Shown here piece after piece: positions 55,666 to 63,960 of a stretch of 64,000 bases of DNA. The translations under genes and the position numbers were made by a program. The stretch is taken from assembly GCA_041690675.1 (NCBI GenBank), contig JAWLGU010000004.1, forward strand, positions 34,636-98,635. The letters run 5' to 3'. This DNA comes from Pseudomonadales bacterium (GTDB lineage Bacteria; Pseudomonadota; Gammaproteobacteria; Pseudomonadales; Azotimanducaceae). The stretch's first letter is position 1. The number at the start of each line of letters is the position of its first letter. Under the pieces are notes generated by a model, which was not told the origin of the DNA, searched no databases, and saw only the letters and a list, made by a program, of their open reading frames with translations.

Positions 55666-57375
55666 GTGGATCACCAGCTCATTGCCCAGATCTACACGGC
55701 GGGTGTCGATCCCGCGCGGTTCGAGGACCTGCTGAACGTCTGGGCCGACAAGATCGTCGCCAACCACGTGCTGGGAGAGCCGGCGGCGCTGGATCGCCCG
55801 GAAATCGTCGCGCACATCCGTCAGGCGCTCTTCGTACTGGATGGTATGGATTCGGAAACCGGGTCCGCGGACGGGGGGGACGACGACCGCTGGACGAGCA
55901 GCCCGTATGCCGTTCTCCTGTGTGACGGGCAGGGACGCATTCACGGCGCCAACCCCGCCGCGCGCAGCCGCTACAGTGTGCAGCACGTGGCTGAGCTGCC
56001 ATTCGATGCCGACGCCATCGAAGCAATCCTGCGTCAAGCGTCCAGGCTGGCGAACGGTCCGGGAACCCCTGCCGTGATCGTCGCCCGCAATCGTTCACTC
56101 GACCAGCGGACGGTGTTGTCGTTGCAGTATCACGCGAACCGGACCGCGGCCGGCGGCTCCGGCGAGCGGGTGCGCCTGACGAGCAACGAGCTGCATTGGC
56201 CGAACGAGCTGAATCGAATCCTTCAGAGCACGTTCGGTCTCTCCACGGCCGAGTGCGCGGTGATGCAGCTCATGGCGGAGGGCGCGAGCGTCGCCAAGGT
56301 GGCGGAGCAGCGCGGCAGCTCCGTGGCGACCGTGAGGGTTCAGGTGCGGTCCATCTACGACAAGACCGGCGTGCGCAGCCAGCCCGAGCTGTTGCGGCTG
56401 GCCATCAGCTTTGCCAGTCTGTTTCATCGTTCGGGGCCGACGGGCGCGGATGGCGATGACGGCCTGGAGCCGAGTCATCACCCGACGGCGGCGGAACGCC
56501 ACCTGCTCATGCTCCCGGACGGCCGGCGGCTGGATTACTCGGATCTGGGAGATCCCCGGGGACACCCGGTGGTGTTTCTCCACGACGAGTATTACGGGGA
56601 TTGCTGGGCCAGGGAAACCGTCGCTTCGGCCACGGCCCGGGGGCTGCGCATCATCACGCCGGCCCGGGCGCACTACGGGCGGAGTGACGGCTACCCGCTC
56701 GGCGTGGAGACAACCGAGCAGTTCGCGAGCGATCTCGAGGTACTGCTCCACCATATCGGCATCAGTCGCTTCACGCTGCTGGCGCGGCGCACGGGCTTCC
56801 GCTTTGCCGTGGAGGTTGGGCACCGGATGGGTGATCGGGTGACCGGGGCCGTTGCTCTTTCGCCCGGACTGCCGGCGCAATCCGCCGAGGACTACCGGCA
56901 CATGACCCGCCTGGCCCGGTTCATCTCTCTGGCGGTGTTCAAGAATCCGGCGCTGCTGGAGCTGGTCTGCAAGGCGGGCATCCGCTACTTCCGGCAGATG
57001 GGTCCGAAGAAGCTGGCTCAGCTCCTCAACAGGGGGTGCGCAGAGGATCTGGCGGTGCTGGAAGATCCCCGGCAGTGGGCGCTCATCCGCCGAGGCATGG
57101 AGTTCTCGTCCGTCAACGGCTACCTCGGCTACATCCACGACGTCGCGCACGATCCGGTTCGGGCCTGGCGCCGGACCGTGAGCTGTCCCGTGCACATCCG
57201 CTGCCTCATCGGCGCCAGGGACCCTCACGACCGTGCCCGGCGCGCCCAGCGATGCATCGACGCCGGCGCCGACCTCAGTGTGGCGTTGGTCGAGGGTGCC
57301 GGTCAGCTCTTCTTCTACGCCCATGCGCGGCACGTGCTCGACGAGCTGCGCGCGGTGAACGCCGGCACGCTCTGA
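55666..57375 (+). CDS. Transcriptional regulator: PAS-like N-domain + central LuxR/GerE HTH + C-terminal alpha/beta-hydrolase fold with degenerate catalytic motifs
   Basis: 569 aa. GerE-type HTH is LSTAECAVMQLMAEGASVAKVAEQRGSSVATVRVQVRSIYDKTGV. The C-terminal roughly 300 aa resemble an alpha/beta hydrolase (LPDGRRLDYSDLGDPRGHPVVFLHD...), but the nucleophile elbow reads LLARRTGF. GTG start 16 nt after the lysC stop. Confidence 0.7.
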   Translation: MDHQLIAQIYTAGVDPARFEDLLNVWADKIVANHVLGEPAALDRPEIVAHIRQALFVLDGMDSETGSADGGDDDRWTSSPYAVLLCDGQGRIHGANPAARSRYSVQHVAELPFDADAIEAILRQASRLANGPGTPAVIVARNRSLDQRTVLSLQYHANRTAAGGSGERVRLTSNELHWPNELNRILQSTFGLSTAECAVMQLMAEGASVAKVAEQRGSSVATVRVQVRSIYDKTGVRSQPELLRLAISFASLFHRSGPTGADGDDGLEPSHHPTAAERHLLMLPDGRRLDYSDLGDPRGHPVVFLHDEYYGDCWARETVASATARGLRIITPARAHYGRSDGYPLGVETTEQFASDLEVLLHHIGISRFTLLARRTGFRFAVEVGHRMGDRVTGAVALSPGLPAQSAEDYRHMTRLARFISLAVFKNPALLELVCKAGIRYFRQMGPKKLAQLLNRGCAEDLAVLEDPRQWALIRRGMEFSSVNGYLGYIHDVAHDPVRAWRRTVSCPVHIRCLIGARDPHDRARRAQRCIDAGADLSVALVEGAGQLFFYAHARHVLDELRAVNAGTL

Positions 57376-57523
57376 GCGAGAACCATTTCGCAGTCTCGCA
57401 TGGCACTCACGACGCGTACCCAAACTGAGGTATGCGTGGCTCTTACCGCATTACTAGTCTCCTCCCCGCAACGAAGCGGGCGCCACGATGGCCGCCCCGA
57501 ATCATTTGGAGGAGACGAGCCTG

Positions 57524-59554
57524 ATGGAGAGACATGAGTCGAAATGGCGCGGTACGCGCTGGAGACGGAGCCTTGTGATATTGGGAGCCGCCATCGTGCT
57601 GGCGGCGTGCAGCGGCGGCAATGGCGGCGGCAGCGCCATTGGAGGCGGTGGCACCCCGCCGCCCGGCGGTGGCGGCTCCGAGGCGACCACCATCGAGGGA
57701 GTCGCGTCGGCCCCGGCCTCGGGCGTTGCGCTGTTCGAGCCCAGTAGCCCGTTCCAGGTTGCGCTCGAATTCTTCGTTCCTCCCGCTGCTGCGGCCATCA
57801 CCGGGCTCGAGCCGGTGGGCGGCGCCACCGTGGAGCTCGTCCGCATCGACGACAACGGTGACCAGGTGGGCGATGTGCTGGCCACGACCACCACGTCCAC
57901 GACCGGCAACTACACCCTCAATGTGCCGGCAGGCGTGAATCTGGCGGGCAACCTGGTGGTGCGCATCCAGGGTCTCGGCGGCGTGCAGATGCGGGCGCAG
58001 GCGGTCACCCAGGAGGTGGACATCTCCCCGGTGTCGGAGTTCGTGCTGCAGAAGTTCATCGACAACGGTGCGGACCTGGAGAACCTCACCACCAGCACCG
58101 TGGTTGAGCTGAAAGGCCGGGTGGAAGAGTTCGATCTCACGGCCGGGGCGGACCTGACCCAGATGCTCGCCACCCTGGAAGCGGAGACCGGGGACTTCGT
58201 GGATGCACAGATCTACGCCGCGCAGTCCGCGCCAGGAAATGCCGCTAACGTGGCGGGTGGTTACCACGCTACCGAACTCGGCTTCCGCCTCCACGATGCG
58301 GACAATGGTACCGGCGGCGACGTGGAGATCGAGATCTACCGCATGCACGACATGACCCTGTCGGACGGCGGCAGCGGTTCGGTGGACGTCGCCTTGGGCG
58401 GCGAGGACTCGGCAGGAGCGCTGCTGTCTCACTTCGGGGCCTACTCTCTGCGCTACGAGGCCGGCGTCGAGGTTTTCGAGGAGACGTTCACTGCGCCTTT
58501 GAGCGAACAGGGCGTGCTGATGGTCGAATCTCCCTTCGAGGAGGATATCGATGGCGACTACGGCTGGCGTCAGCCGCCGAGCGTGCTGCGTCTGCAGAAA
58601 GCCACCAGCGCCAACGTTCTGGCCGGAATCGCGGAGCAGGTCGAGGTCCGGTACCGCACCACGGACACCGACGAGGACGGTATTCCCGACGCCGTGGACC
58701 CGGACCAGCGGGACGGCGACGAGGTGAGTCGCTCGCTGCTGCTGCTGGCGCAAGAGATCACCGATGCCAGCGTCTCCGGCCTCACCGGTGATTACGGCCG
58801 CGTCGGCTTCAGCACCGCCATGTCGAACGCGGGCTTCGTTGAGCTCGCCGTCGAGCGCAACAAGCTCACCTTTGATGGCGCCGGCGGCTTCGATGCCGGG
58901 GCCGGGACCTCCCACGAGCTCAGCTCCAGCGGCTATTCGAGCGTCGATTTCCTGGCGGAGAATGGCATGAGCTTCACCATGGACGTGGACGGCGACCTGC
59001 TGACCTTGAACGGGGGCGCGGTGGACGGCTTCGTTGCCGCCGACTACGGTCTGGTGGTGCTCAATGGTGCGTCCGCCACCGACGATGGCAACCCCAACGA
59101 CGAGCTGTACCTGGATGCCGCCTTCGAAACGACCCTGGCGGTGAAGCTGCCCATCAGCATGTTGAACCTGGAGGGCCGGACGTACCGGGTCGTGTTCCTG
59201 GGCATGGAGATGGACGGTTCGGCCTTCGCGGTCAGCAACACCCGCTTCGATTCCGTGCTTCGGGTGACCGGGGTCACCACCGGCGAGTTGGACGTCACCT
59301 CGTCCTATCTCCGCAAGGATGACATGTCTGCTCAGGTCGCCGTCGAGGTCGACTCCGACACGGCGTTGCCCGTGGAGATCGATCTGGCCGCAGACGGCGC
59401 CATGACCATCACCCTGACGGACGATTGGGGAACGTTCCTGGTGGAGGGCTACATGAACCAGGACGGCAGCCTCGGCGTCTTCCACACCCGGTATGCGGAT
59501 ACGGGTGCCGAACCCATCGAGGTCGGCATGCTGATGCTGGTGGAGATTCCCTAG
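57524..59554 (+). CDS. Large acidic lipoprotein of unknown function
   Basis: 676 aa from MERHESKWRGT (GGAGGAG RBS 9 nt upstream). Lipobox IVLAAC followed by a Gly/Pro-rich linker. Carboxypeptidase-regulatory/Ig-like segment (GATVELVRIDDNGDQVGDVLATTTTSTTGNYTLNVPAG). Thrombospondin-type-3-like Ca-binding motif (TDTDEDGIPDAVDPDQRDGDE). Confidence 0.65.
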   Translation: MERHESKWRGTRWRRSLVILGAAIVLAACSGGNGGGSAIGGGGTPPPGGGGSEATTIEGVASAPASGVALFEPSSPFQVALEFFVPPAAAAITGLEPVGGATVELVRIDDNGDQVGDVLATTTTSTTGNYTLNVPAGVNLAGNLVVRIQGLGGVQMRAQAVTQEVDISPVSEFVLQKFIDNGADLENLTTSTVVELKGRVEEFDLTAGADLTQMLATLEAETGDFVDAQIYAAQSAPGNAANVAGGYHATELGFRLHDADNGTGGDVEIEIYRMHDMTLSDGGSGSVDVALGGEDSAGALLSHFGAYSLRYEAGVEVFEETFTAPLSEQGVLMVESPFEEDIDGDYGWRQPPSVLRLQKATSANVLAGIAEQVEVRYRTTDTDEDGIPDAVDPDQRDGDEVSRSLLLLAQEITDASVSGLTGDYGRVGFSTAMSNAGFVELAVERNKLTFDGAGGFDAGAGTSHELSSSGYSSVDFLAENGMSFTMDVDGDLLTLNGGAVDGFVAADYGLVVLNGASATDDGNPNDELYLDAAFETTLAVKLPISMLNLEGRTYRVVFLGMEMDGSAFAVSNTRFDSVLRVTGVTTGELDVTSSYLRKDDMSAQVAVEVDSDTALPVEIDLAADGAMTITLTDDWGTFLVEGYMNQDGSLGVFHTRYADTGAEPIEVGMLMLVEIP

Positions 59555-59574
59555 CGTTACCGGATCGCGAACCC

Positions 59575-59602
59575 GGCCCGGGGCCCTTAAGGGTCCTGGG
59601 CC
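59575..59602 (+). terminator. Imperfect GC-rich palindrome/hairpin downstream of the lipoprotein gene
   Basis: GGCCCGGGGCCC-TTAA-GGGTCCTGGGCC forms a 12-bp stem if two G-U pairs are allowed. There is no U-tract. Confidence 0.3.
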
Positions 59603-59728
59603 AGGCCTTGTGGGCCCCGTGATCGGTCAAAACCACGAAGTATCAAACGCTCGCTCACACGCTCCTCCTGGAAAGTAGCTTTACCGGCCCATGGCCAGGT
59701 CAGCGATCAATCAGAAGAGGAGACACAC

Positions 59729-60349
59729 ATGAAAGTCCTAGCGAGCCTGCTCGCCGCCCTGCTGCTCGGCTCCGCGTTGAGCGCTCAGGCGGTGCTCATG
59801 GAGTATCAGATCAGCGGCACCGCAAGCGGAGCGATAGACGGCGAGGCCTTCAACAACCAGGCGTTCTCGATCGACCTGATCGGTGACACCGCCAATTTCC
59901 ACAGCACCTTCGTCGAAACGATAGACCCGCTGGAGAGCGCCAGCATCACGGTTGCCGGGTTCGGCACCGCGAACTTCCCGGTCCCCATGAGAATCGGGAT
60001 AAACAACGACGTCAGCACGACCGATGACAGCAGGGTGTTCTTTTCCCTCAGCGACGAGCTGGGCGGACTGGACCTGCTCCACATCGACGTGAGCGCGCCG
60101 CTGGATCTGACGAGCGAGTTCGGGCCGGTCGTGGCGATCGGTTCCATCCGCGTCACCGACCTGTTCCATTTCATTCCGCTGTCGTTCGGGGAGCTCTCGT
60201 TCGATGCCGCATCGGACGTCCTGCTGCAGGGCAGACTCGCTGCCTCCGTGCCTGAGCCCGGCTCGTTGGGGCTCTTCGGCGCCGGTGCCGCGTGCCTGGC
60301 GCTGGCGCGGCGCACCCGTCGGATGCGCTGTCGGCAACGACGGATGTAG
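59729..60349 (+). CDS. PEP-CTERM sorting-domain secreted protein
   Basis: 206 aa with a signal peptide (LLGSALSAQA) and a C-terminal VPEPGSLGLFGAGAACLALARRTRR (PEP motif + TM + basic tail). AGAGGAGA RBS. Confidence 0.8.
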   Translation: MKVLASLLAALLLGSALSAQAVLMEYQISGTASGAIDGEAFNNQAFSIDLIGDTANFHSTFVETIDPLESASITVAGFGTANFPVPMRIGINNDVSTTDDSRVFFSLSDELGGLDLLHIDVSAPLDLTSEFGPVVAIGSIRVTDLFHFIPLSFGELSFDAASDVLLQGRLAASVPEPGSLGLFGAGAACLALARRTRRMRCRQRRM

Positions 60350-60366
60350 CCCCTAGAACTATGGGG

Positions 60367-60394
60367 GGCGGACGGGAAGGGATTACCGCCGCCG
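60367..60394. repeat. 28-bp direct repeat, copy B (GGCGGACGGGAAGGGATTACCGCCGCCG)
   Basis: 25 of 28 positions are identical to copy A at 63943-63970, in the same orientation. GGCGG...CCGCC can self-pair. Confidence 0.75.
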
Positions 60395-60408
60395 ACATAC
60401 TTCCATAG

Positions 60409-60434
60409 CGCTCGCCGGCTTCTGCCGGCGAGCG
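60409..60434 (+). terminator. Perfect 11-bp GC-rich hairpin downstream of the PEP-CTERM gene
   Basis: CGCTCGCCGGC-ttct-GCCGGCGAGCG. No U-tract follows. Confidence 0.4.
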
Positions 60435-60614
60435 GACTCGCGGATGCGTCCGCACCCATCGGCTGGCCGCAATCTGCGTCTCGGCTGACGAACGGGGACG
60501 GTGTCGTCAGGGCCGGGGAGAGCGCAGATGAACCGCAGGAAACCGTCGCAGTTGACCGTTTTCTCCGGATGCGGTTCTAATCTGACCCTCCGCACACAAC
60601 AGAGGGGATAGCCG

Positions 60615-61220
60615 ATGGTCCAGACCCAGACCCAGACCCACGACCACGAGATCGTTTCGATCTACCCGTTCACCGATGATGAAGTGGACGCCCTTATGAC
60701 CCATGCTCACGAGGCCGTGCTGATGTGGGCGACCAAGGACGGCTGGCCGGTTGGTGTCACTCACGCGTTCTACTGGAAGAACGGCAAGATCTGGCTGACC
60801 TTCGCCGAGCATCGGCACCGCGCCGCCGCCATCCGCCGCGACCCACGGGTTTCGGTCAACGTGAGCAGCACCAGCTACGGTGCCGATGCGCCGGAGGGGT
60901 TGCCCACCGGTGCCATCACCTTCAAGGGGACGGTCGAGTTCTTCAACGACGACGCCACGAAGGCCTGGTTCTACCCAGCGCTGTCGAAGAAGGTGAGCCC
61001 GACGGACGAGAACTTCGAGGCGTACTTCAACGACCTGCTCGACTCACCGCTACGGACGATCATCGCCGTCACTCCCGTGAAGAAGATCATGTACAACTCG
61101 GGGACGGCGGGCCGGCACATGGCGGGCACCATCAGCGAAGAGGAGCTCGGCGAGCGGCTGGAGGCCGATCGTGAACGCATGAACGAGCTGCGGCGCCAAC
61201 GCGGCCTGGAAGAGCGCTGA
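60615..61220 (+). CDS. Pyridoxamine 5'-phosphate oxidase-family (FMN/F420-binding split-barrel) protein
   Basis: 201 aa with a PNPOx-like core (LMWATKDGWPVGVTHAFYWKNGKIWLTF...AIRRDPRVSV). GAGGGGA RBS. Codons 3-8 are (CAGACC)x3. Confidence 0.6.
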   Translation: MVQTQTQTHDHEIVSIYPFTDDEVDALMTHAHEAVLMWATKDGWPVGVTHAFYWKNGKIWLTFAEHRHRAAAIRRDPRVSVNVSSTSYGADAPEGLPTGAITFKGTVEFFNDDATKAWFYPALSKKVSPTDENFEAYFNDLLDSPLRTIIAVTPVKKIMYNSGTAGRHMAGTISEEELGERLEADRERMNELRRQRGLEER

Positions 61221-61253
61221 GCGCCGCAACCTGGCATGAACGGGCGCGCGCTA

Positions 61254-62678
61254 TCAGGCTCGTGCGGCGGCTCGGTACACTCCCAGCGCCCGCTCCCGGG
61301 CGGCCCGGTCCTCGACGACGGGTCTCGCGTAGCCCTTCACGCGATGGTGAAACGGTTCCATCAGCGCCTCGAGCGGAGCATCCGCAAGCTCTGGAACCCA
61401 ACGGCGGATGAAGATGCCTTCCGGGTCGAACCGCCGCGCCTGGGCCAGCGGGCTGAAGATCCGGAAGTAAGGAGCGGCGTCCGTGCCCGTGGACGCTGAC
61501 CACTGCCAGCCGCCGTTGTTGGCTGCGAAGTCGCCGTCGACCAGCAGATTCATGAAATGCCGTTCACCGGCTCGCCAGTCGATGAGCAGGTGCTTGGTGA
61601 GGAACATGGCGGTGAGCATGCGCAGCCGGTTGTGCATCCACCCCGTGGCGATGAGCTGGCGCATGGCGGCATCCACCAGAGGGTATCCGGTGCGCCCCTG
61701 CTTCCAGGCCTCGACGTCCGCCGGCGTGTGGCGCCAGGGCAGCCGGTCCAGACGCCGGCGGAAGGCCTGCCCCCGGCTGAGCCGGGGGAACTGCGCAATG
61801 ACGTGCCGGTAGAAGTCGCGCCAGATGAGCTCGTTGATCCAGGTCGCGATGCCGGGATTACCGCCGGTCACCCGGCCGTCGTTGGCGTGGAGCGCGGCCT
61901 CGAGGCACTGCCGCGCGGAGATGCAGCCGGTGGATAGATAGGGCGACAAGGCGCTCGTGCCGTCGACGGCGGGAAAGTCACGGTCCAGGTGATAGCGGTG
62001 TACGCGCTCGGCCAAGTACCGCGTCAGCCGCAGCTCGGCTTCCTTCGAGCCGCCGGGCCACATTGCGGCCACCCGATCCCGCGGAACGCCGCCAGACCGA
62101 TTCGGAATACGTGAGTCGCCCGCGTCCGGGCGGTCTTGCCGGCGCGGGGGCGGTAGGCATTGGCAGGCCGCGGACGAAACCTGCGCCAGCCATCGGCGCT
62201 TGAACGGCGTGAACACCGTGTAGGGTTTGCCCTGGGCGGTGAGCACGGTACCTGGCGGCAGCAGCGTGCCGGCATGGTGGGTCGTGACGGTGATTCGCGC
62301 AGCTCGGCACGCCTGCCGCACGCAGTCGTCCCGCATCCGTTCGTTCAGTGGATACTCTTCGTTGAACGCGAGCGCGCCGGCATCGATCGACCGAGCCAGA
62401 TTGACCAGCCGGCGCGGCACCCCTTCGAACCAGGGCTCGTCGATGAGGCGGAACGGCACGCCCAGCGATTCCAGATCGGCGGCGAGGCGATGAAGGCTGT
62501 CCAGCAGGAAGGCCAGGCGGTTGTCGCCCACGTCGTGAGCACGCCACTGGCGATGGCAGATGCAGAACACGGCCACGGCCTCGCCGCGCTCCATGGCGTG
62601 GAACAGCGCCGGGTTGTCCGCCACCCGCAGGTCGTTGCGAAACCAGACCAGTGTGCGCGCCGGTCGCGTCGCGGGCAC
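61254..62678 (-). CDS. phrB: Deoxyribodipyrimidine (CPD) photolyase, class I
   Basis: 474 aa with LVWFRNDLRVADNPAL, the FAD-binding C-terminal blocks TGYPLVDAAMRQL...TGWMHNRLRM, and DGDFAANNGGWQW. GTG start. Confidence 0.9.
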   Translation of the reverse strand: MPATRPARTLVWFRNDLRVADNPALFHAMERGEAVAVFCICHRQWRAHDVGDNRLAFLLDSLHRLAADLESLGVPFRLIDEPWFEGVPRRLVNLARSIDAGALAFNEEYPLNERMRDDCVRQACRAARITVTTHHAGTLLPPGTVLTAQGKPYTVFTPFKRRWLAQVSSAACQCLPPPRRQDRPDAGDSRIPNRSGGVPRDRVAAMWPGGSKEAELRLTRYLAERVHRYHLDRDFPAVDGTSALSPYLSTGCISARQCLEAALHANDGRVTGGNPGIATWINELIWRDFYRHVIAQFPRLSRGQAFRRRLDRLPWRHTPADVEAWKQGRTGYPLVDAAMRQLIATGWMHNRLRMLTAMFLTKHLLIDWRAGERHFMNLLVDGDFAANNGGWQWSASTGTDAAPYFRIFSPLAQARRFDPEGIFIRRWVPELADAPLEALMEPFHHRVKGYARPVVEDRAARERALGVYRAAARA

Positions 62679-62719
62679 GATGCCTCCTATCTTCTACTGA
62701 TCTGCGGTCGGATGCAGGT

Positions 62720-63655
62720 TCAGGGCCGAGCTGGCGAGACGGGCCCGTCATCGTCCGTGCCAGGATCCCAATCATCGCGGGCGAAGAATCGAGCCATGGC
62801 TCGAAACCGCCGTGCCCGCAGCTCCGGATCCACGTCCATCAGCGGGTGACCGCACTCGGCGCAGAAGTAGATCCGCGCACCCGCAGCGCGCGCTCTGGAG
62901 ACCAGGTCCCTGCTGGCCGAAGGACTTATCACCCGGTCCCTGCCACCTGTAATGATGAGCAGACGGGACGCATCAGCCGGCAAGTTCTCCACCGGATCGA
63001 ACGACTTAGGGCAGAAGAACCGACCGACCGTGCTGGGTGATGAGTCGACGATGGCTCTGGTGAACGGCGCCCCCTCATGAATGGCCGTCAGAATCACGAT
63101 ACCCCCCAGCGACAACCCGAGCAGGTAGCCATCCCGGTACCGCATGGACAGGTGCCCGATGAGCTCCCGGTAGTCCACGGTCATGGCAAGCAGCCGGCGT
63201 TTGCCCTCGGAGTGCCCGTAGCCGCGGTAATCGAGAATGTAGACGTCGTATCCCAGAGCGCTCAGGAACACGAACTCATTGACCATGTGCGTGGCGGTCA
63301 TCGCGTTTCCGGGCGCAATGAGGACGTAGCCCTGCGCATCGGCGAGCATCTCGCGGTCCGTGCGGGCCTGAATCCGGTACCCGCGGAGGGACTTACCGTC
63401 CCCGGCGACGAATCCGTAAGGTTCGACGCCATCGATCCGCTCGATGAGGCGAGGATCCGGCTCGGGTGCCATGCCGGACCACAGGGCGAACGCCAGCGGC
63501 TCCAGGAACCCGCCGCACACGGCCCGTTCCCGCTCCGATGCCATCAGTCGCCCGCCGGAGCAGACGCCGGCCACGAGCAGAACGACAGCGAGCCGCCCGA
63601 TGGCCACACTACGGCAACGTGCGGTACGAGGGCCGGTCGAGGCGCCGCAGGCCAT
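62720..63655 (-). CDS. Alpha/beta hydrolase (intact GLSLGG nucleophile elbow), probably exported
   Basis: 311 aa with a hydrophobic N-terminus containing Cys (LLVAGVCSGG) and the blocks YILDYRGYGHSEG...GLSLGG...GHP. Confidence 0.7.
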   Translation of the reverse strand: MACGASTGPRTARCRSVAIGRLAVVLLVAGVCSGGRLMASERERAVCGGFLEPLAFALWSGMAPEPDPRLIERIDGVEPYGFVAGDGKSLRGYRIQARTDREMLADAQGYVLIAPGNAMTATHMVNEFVFLSALGYDVYILDYRGYGHSEGKRRLLAMTVDYRELIGHLSMRYRDGYLLGLSLGGIVILTAIHEGAPFTRAIVDSSPSTVGRFFCPKSFDPVENLPADASRLLIITGGRDRVISPSASRDLVSRARAAGARIYFCAECGHPLMDVDPELRARRFRAMARFFARDDWDPGTDDDGPVSPARP

Positions 63656-63902
63656 GGCGGGCCGCCGTCCGAAGGAGCTCGAAGACCGCGGGCTTTTGGG
63701 TGTCCCGTTCCGCTGTCACGACGCCTCGATGGTCGGATCCTGATGAATCGCCCCTGTGTCCACAATGGTCCTCTATGCTACGTGCGCTGCATTGGAGCGG
63801 GTCAATGATGGGCGACGATGCGCCTCGATGCGCGCGGTTGCCGTTTCCTGTTCGTACGCGGGGGTTCAAACCCAGAGGGGCCCCTGACTCGCCAGCCCCC
63901 TT

Positions 63903-63946
63903 CGCCAATGAAAAAGGGGCCCGCTGGGCCCCTTTTCTCATTGGCG
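63903..63946. terminator. Long bidirectional intrinsic-terminator-like hairpin
   Basis: CGCCAATGAAAAAGGGGCCC-gct-GGGCCCCTTTT(c)TCATTGGCG forms a stem of about 20 bp with one bulge. The core AAAAGGGGCCC/GGGCCCCTTTT gives A/T tracts on both strands. Confidence 0.7.
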
Positions 63947-63960
63947 GAGAGGGAGGGATT
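63942..63960 (-). other. tRNA 3'-end relic (T-loop AAT + T-stem CCCTC + acceptor CCTCTCC + discriminator G + CCA), not an intact tRNA
   Basis: The minus strand reads AATCCCTCCCTCTCCGCCA, which parses exactly as the last 19 nt of a tRNA (Ser-like G73). The upstream sequence lacks the complementary T-stem and T-loop. Confidence 0.5.

Noticed and set aside
60383-60595. A 70-aa minus-strand ORF in the PEP-CTERM/PNPOx spacer, considered as a small protein gene.
   Set aside because: It is Arg-rich low-complexity sequence with no RBS, and it spans hairpins and the repeat. It is most likely non-coding.
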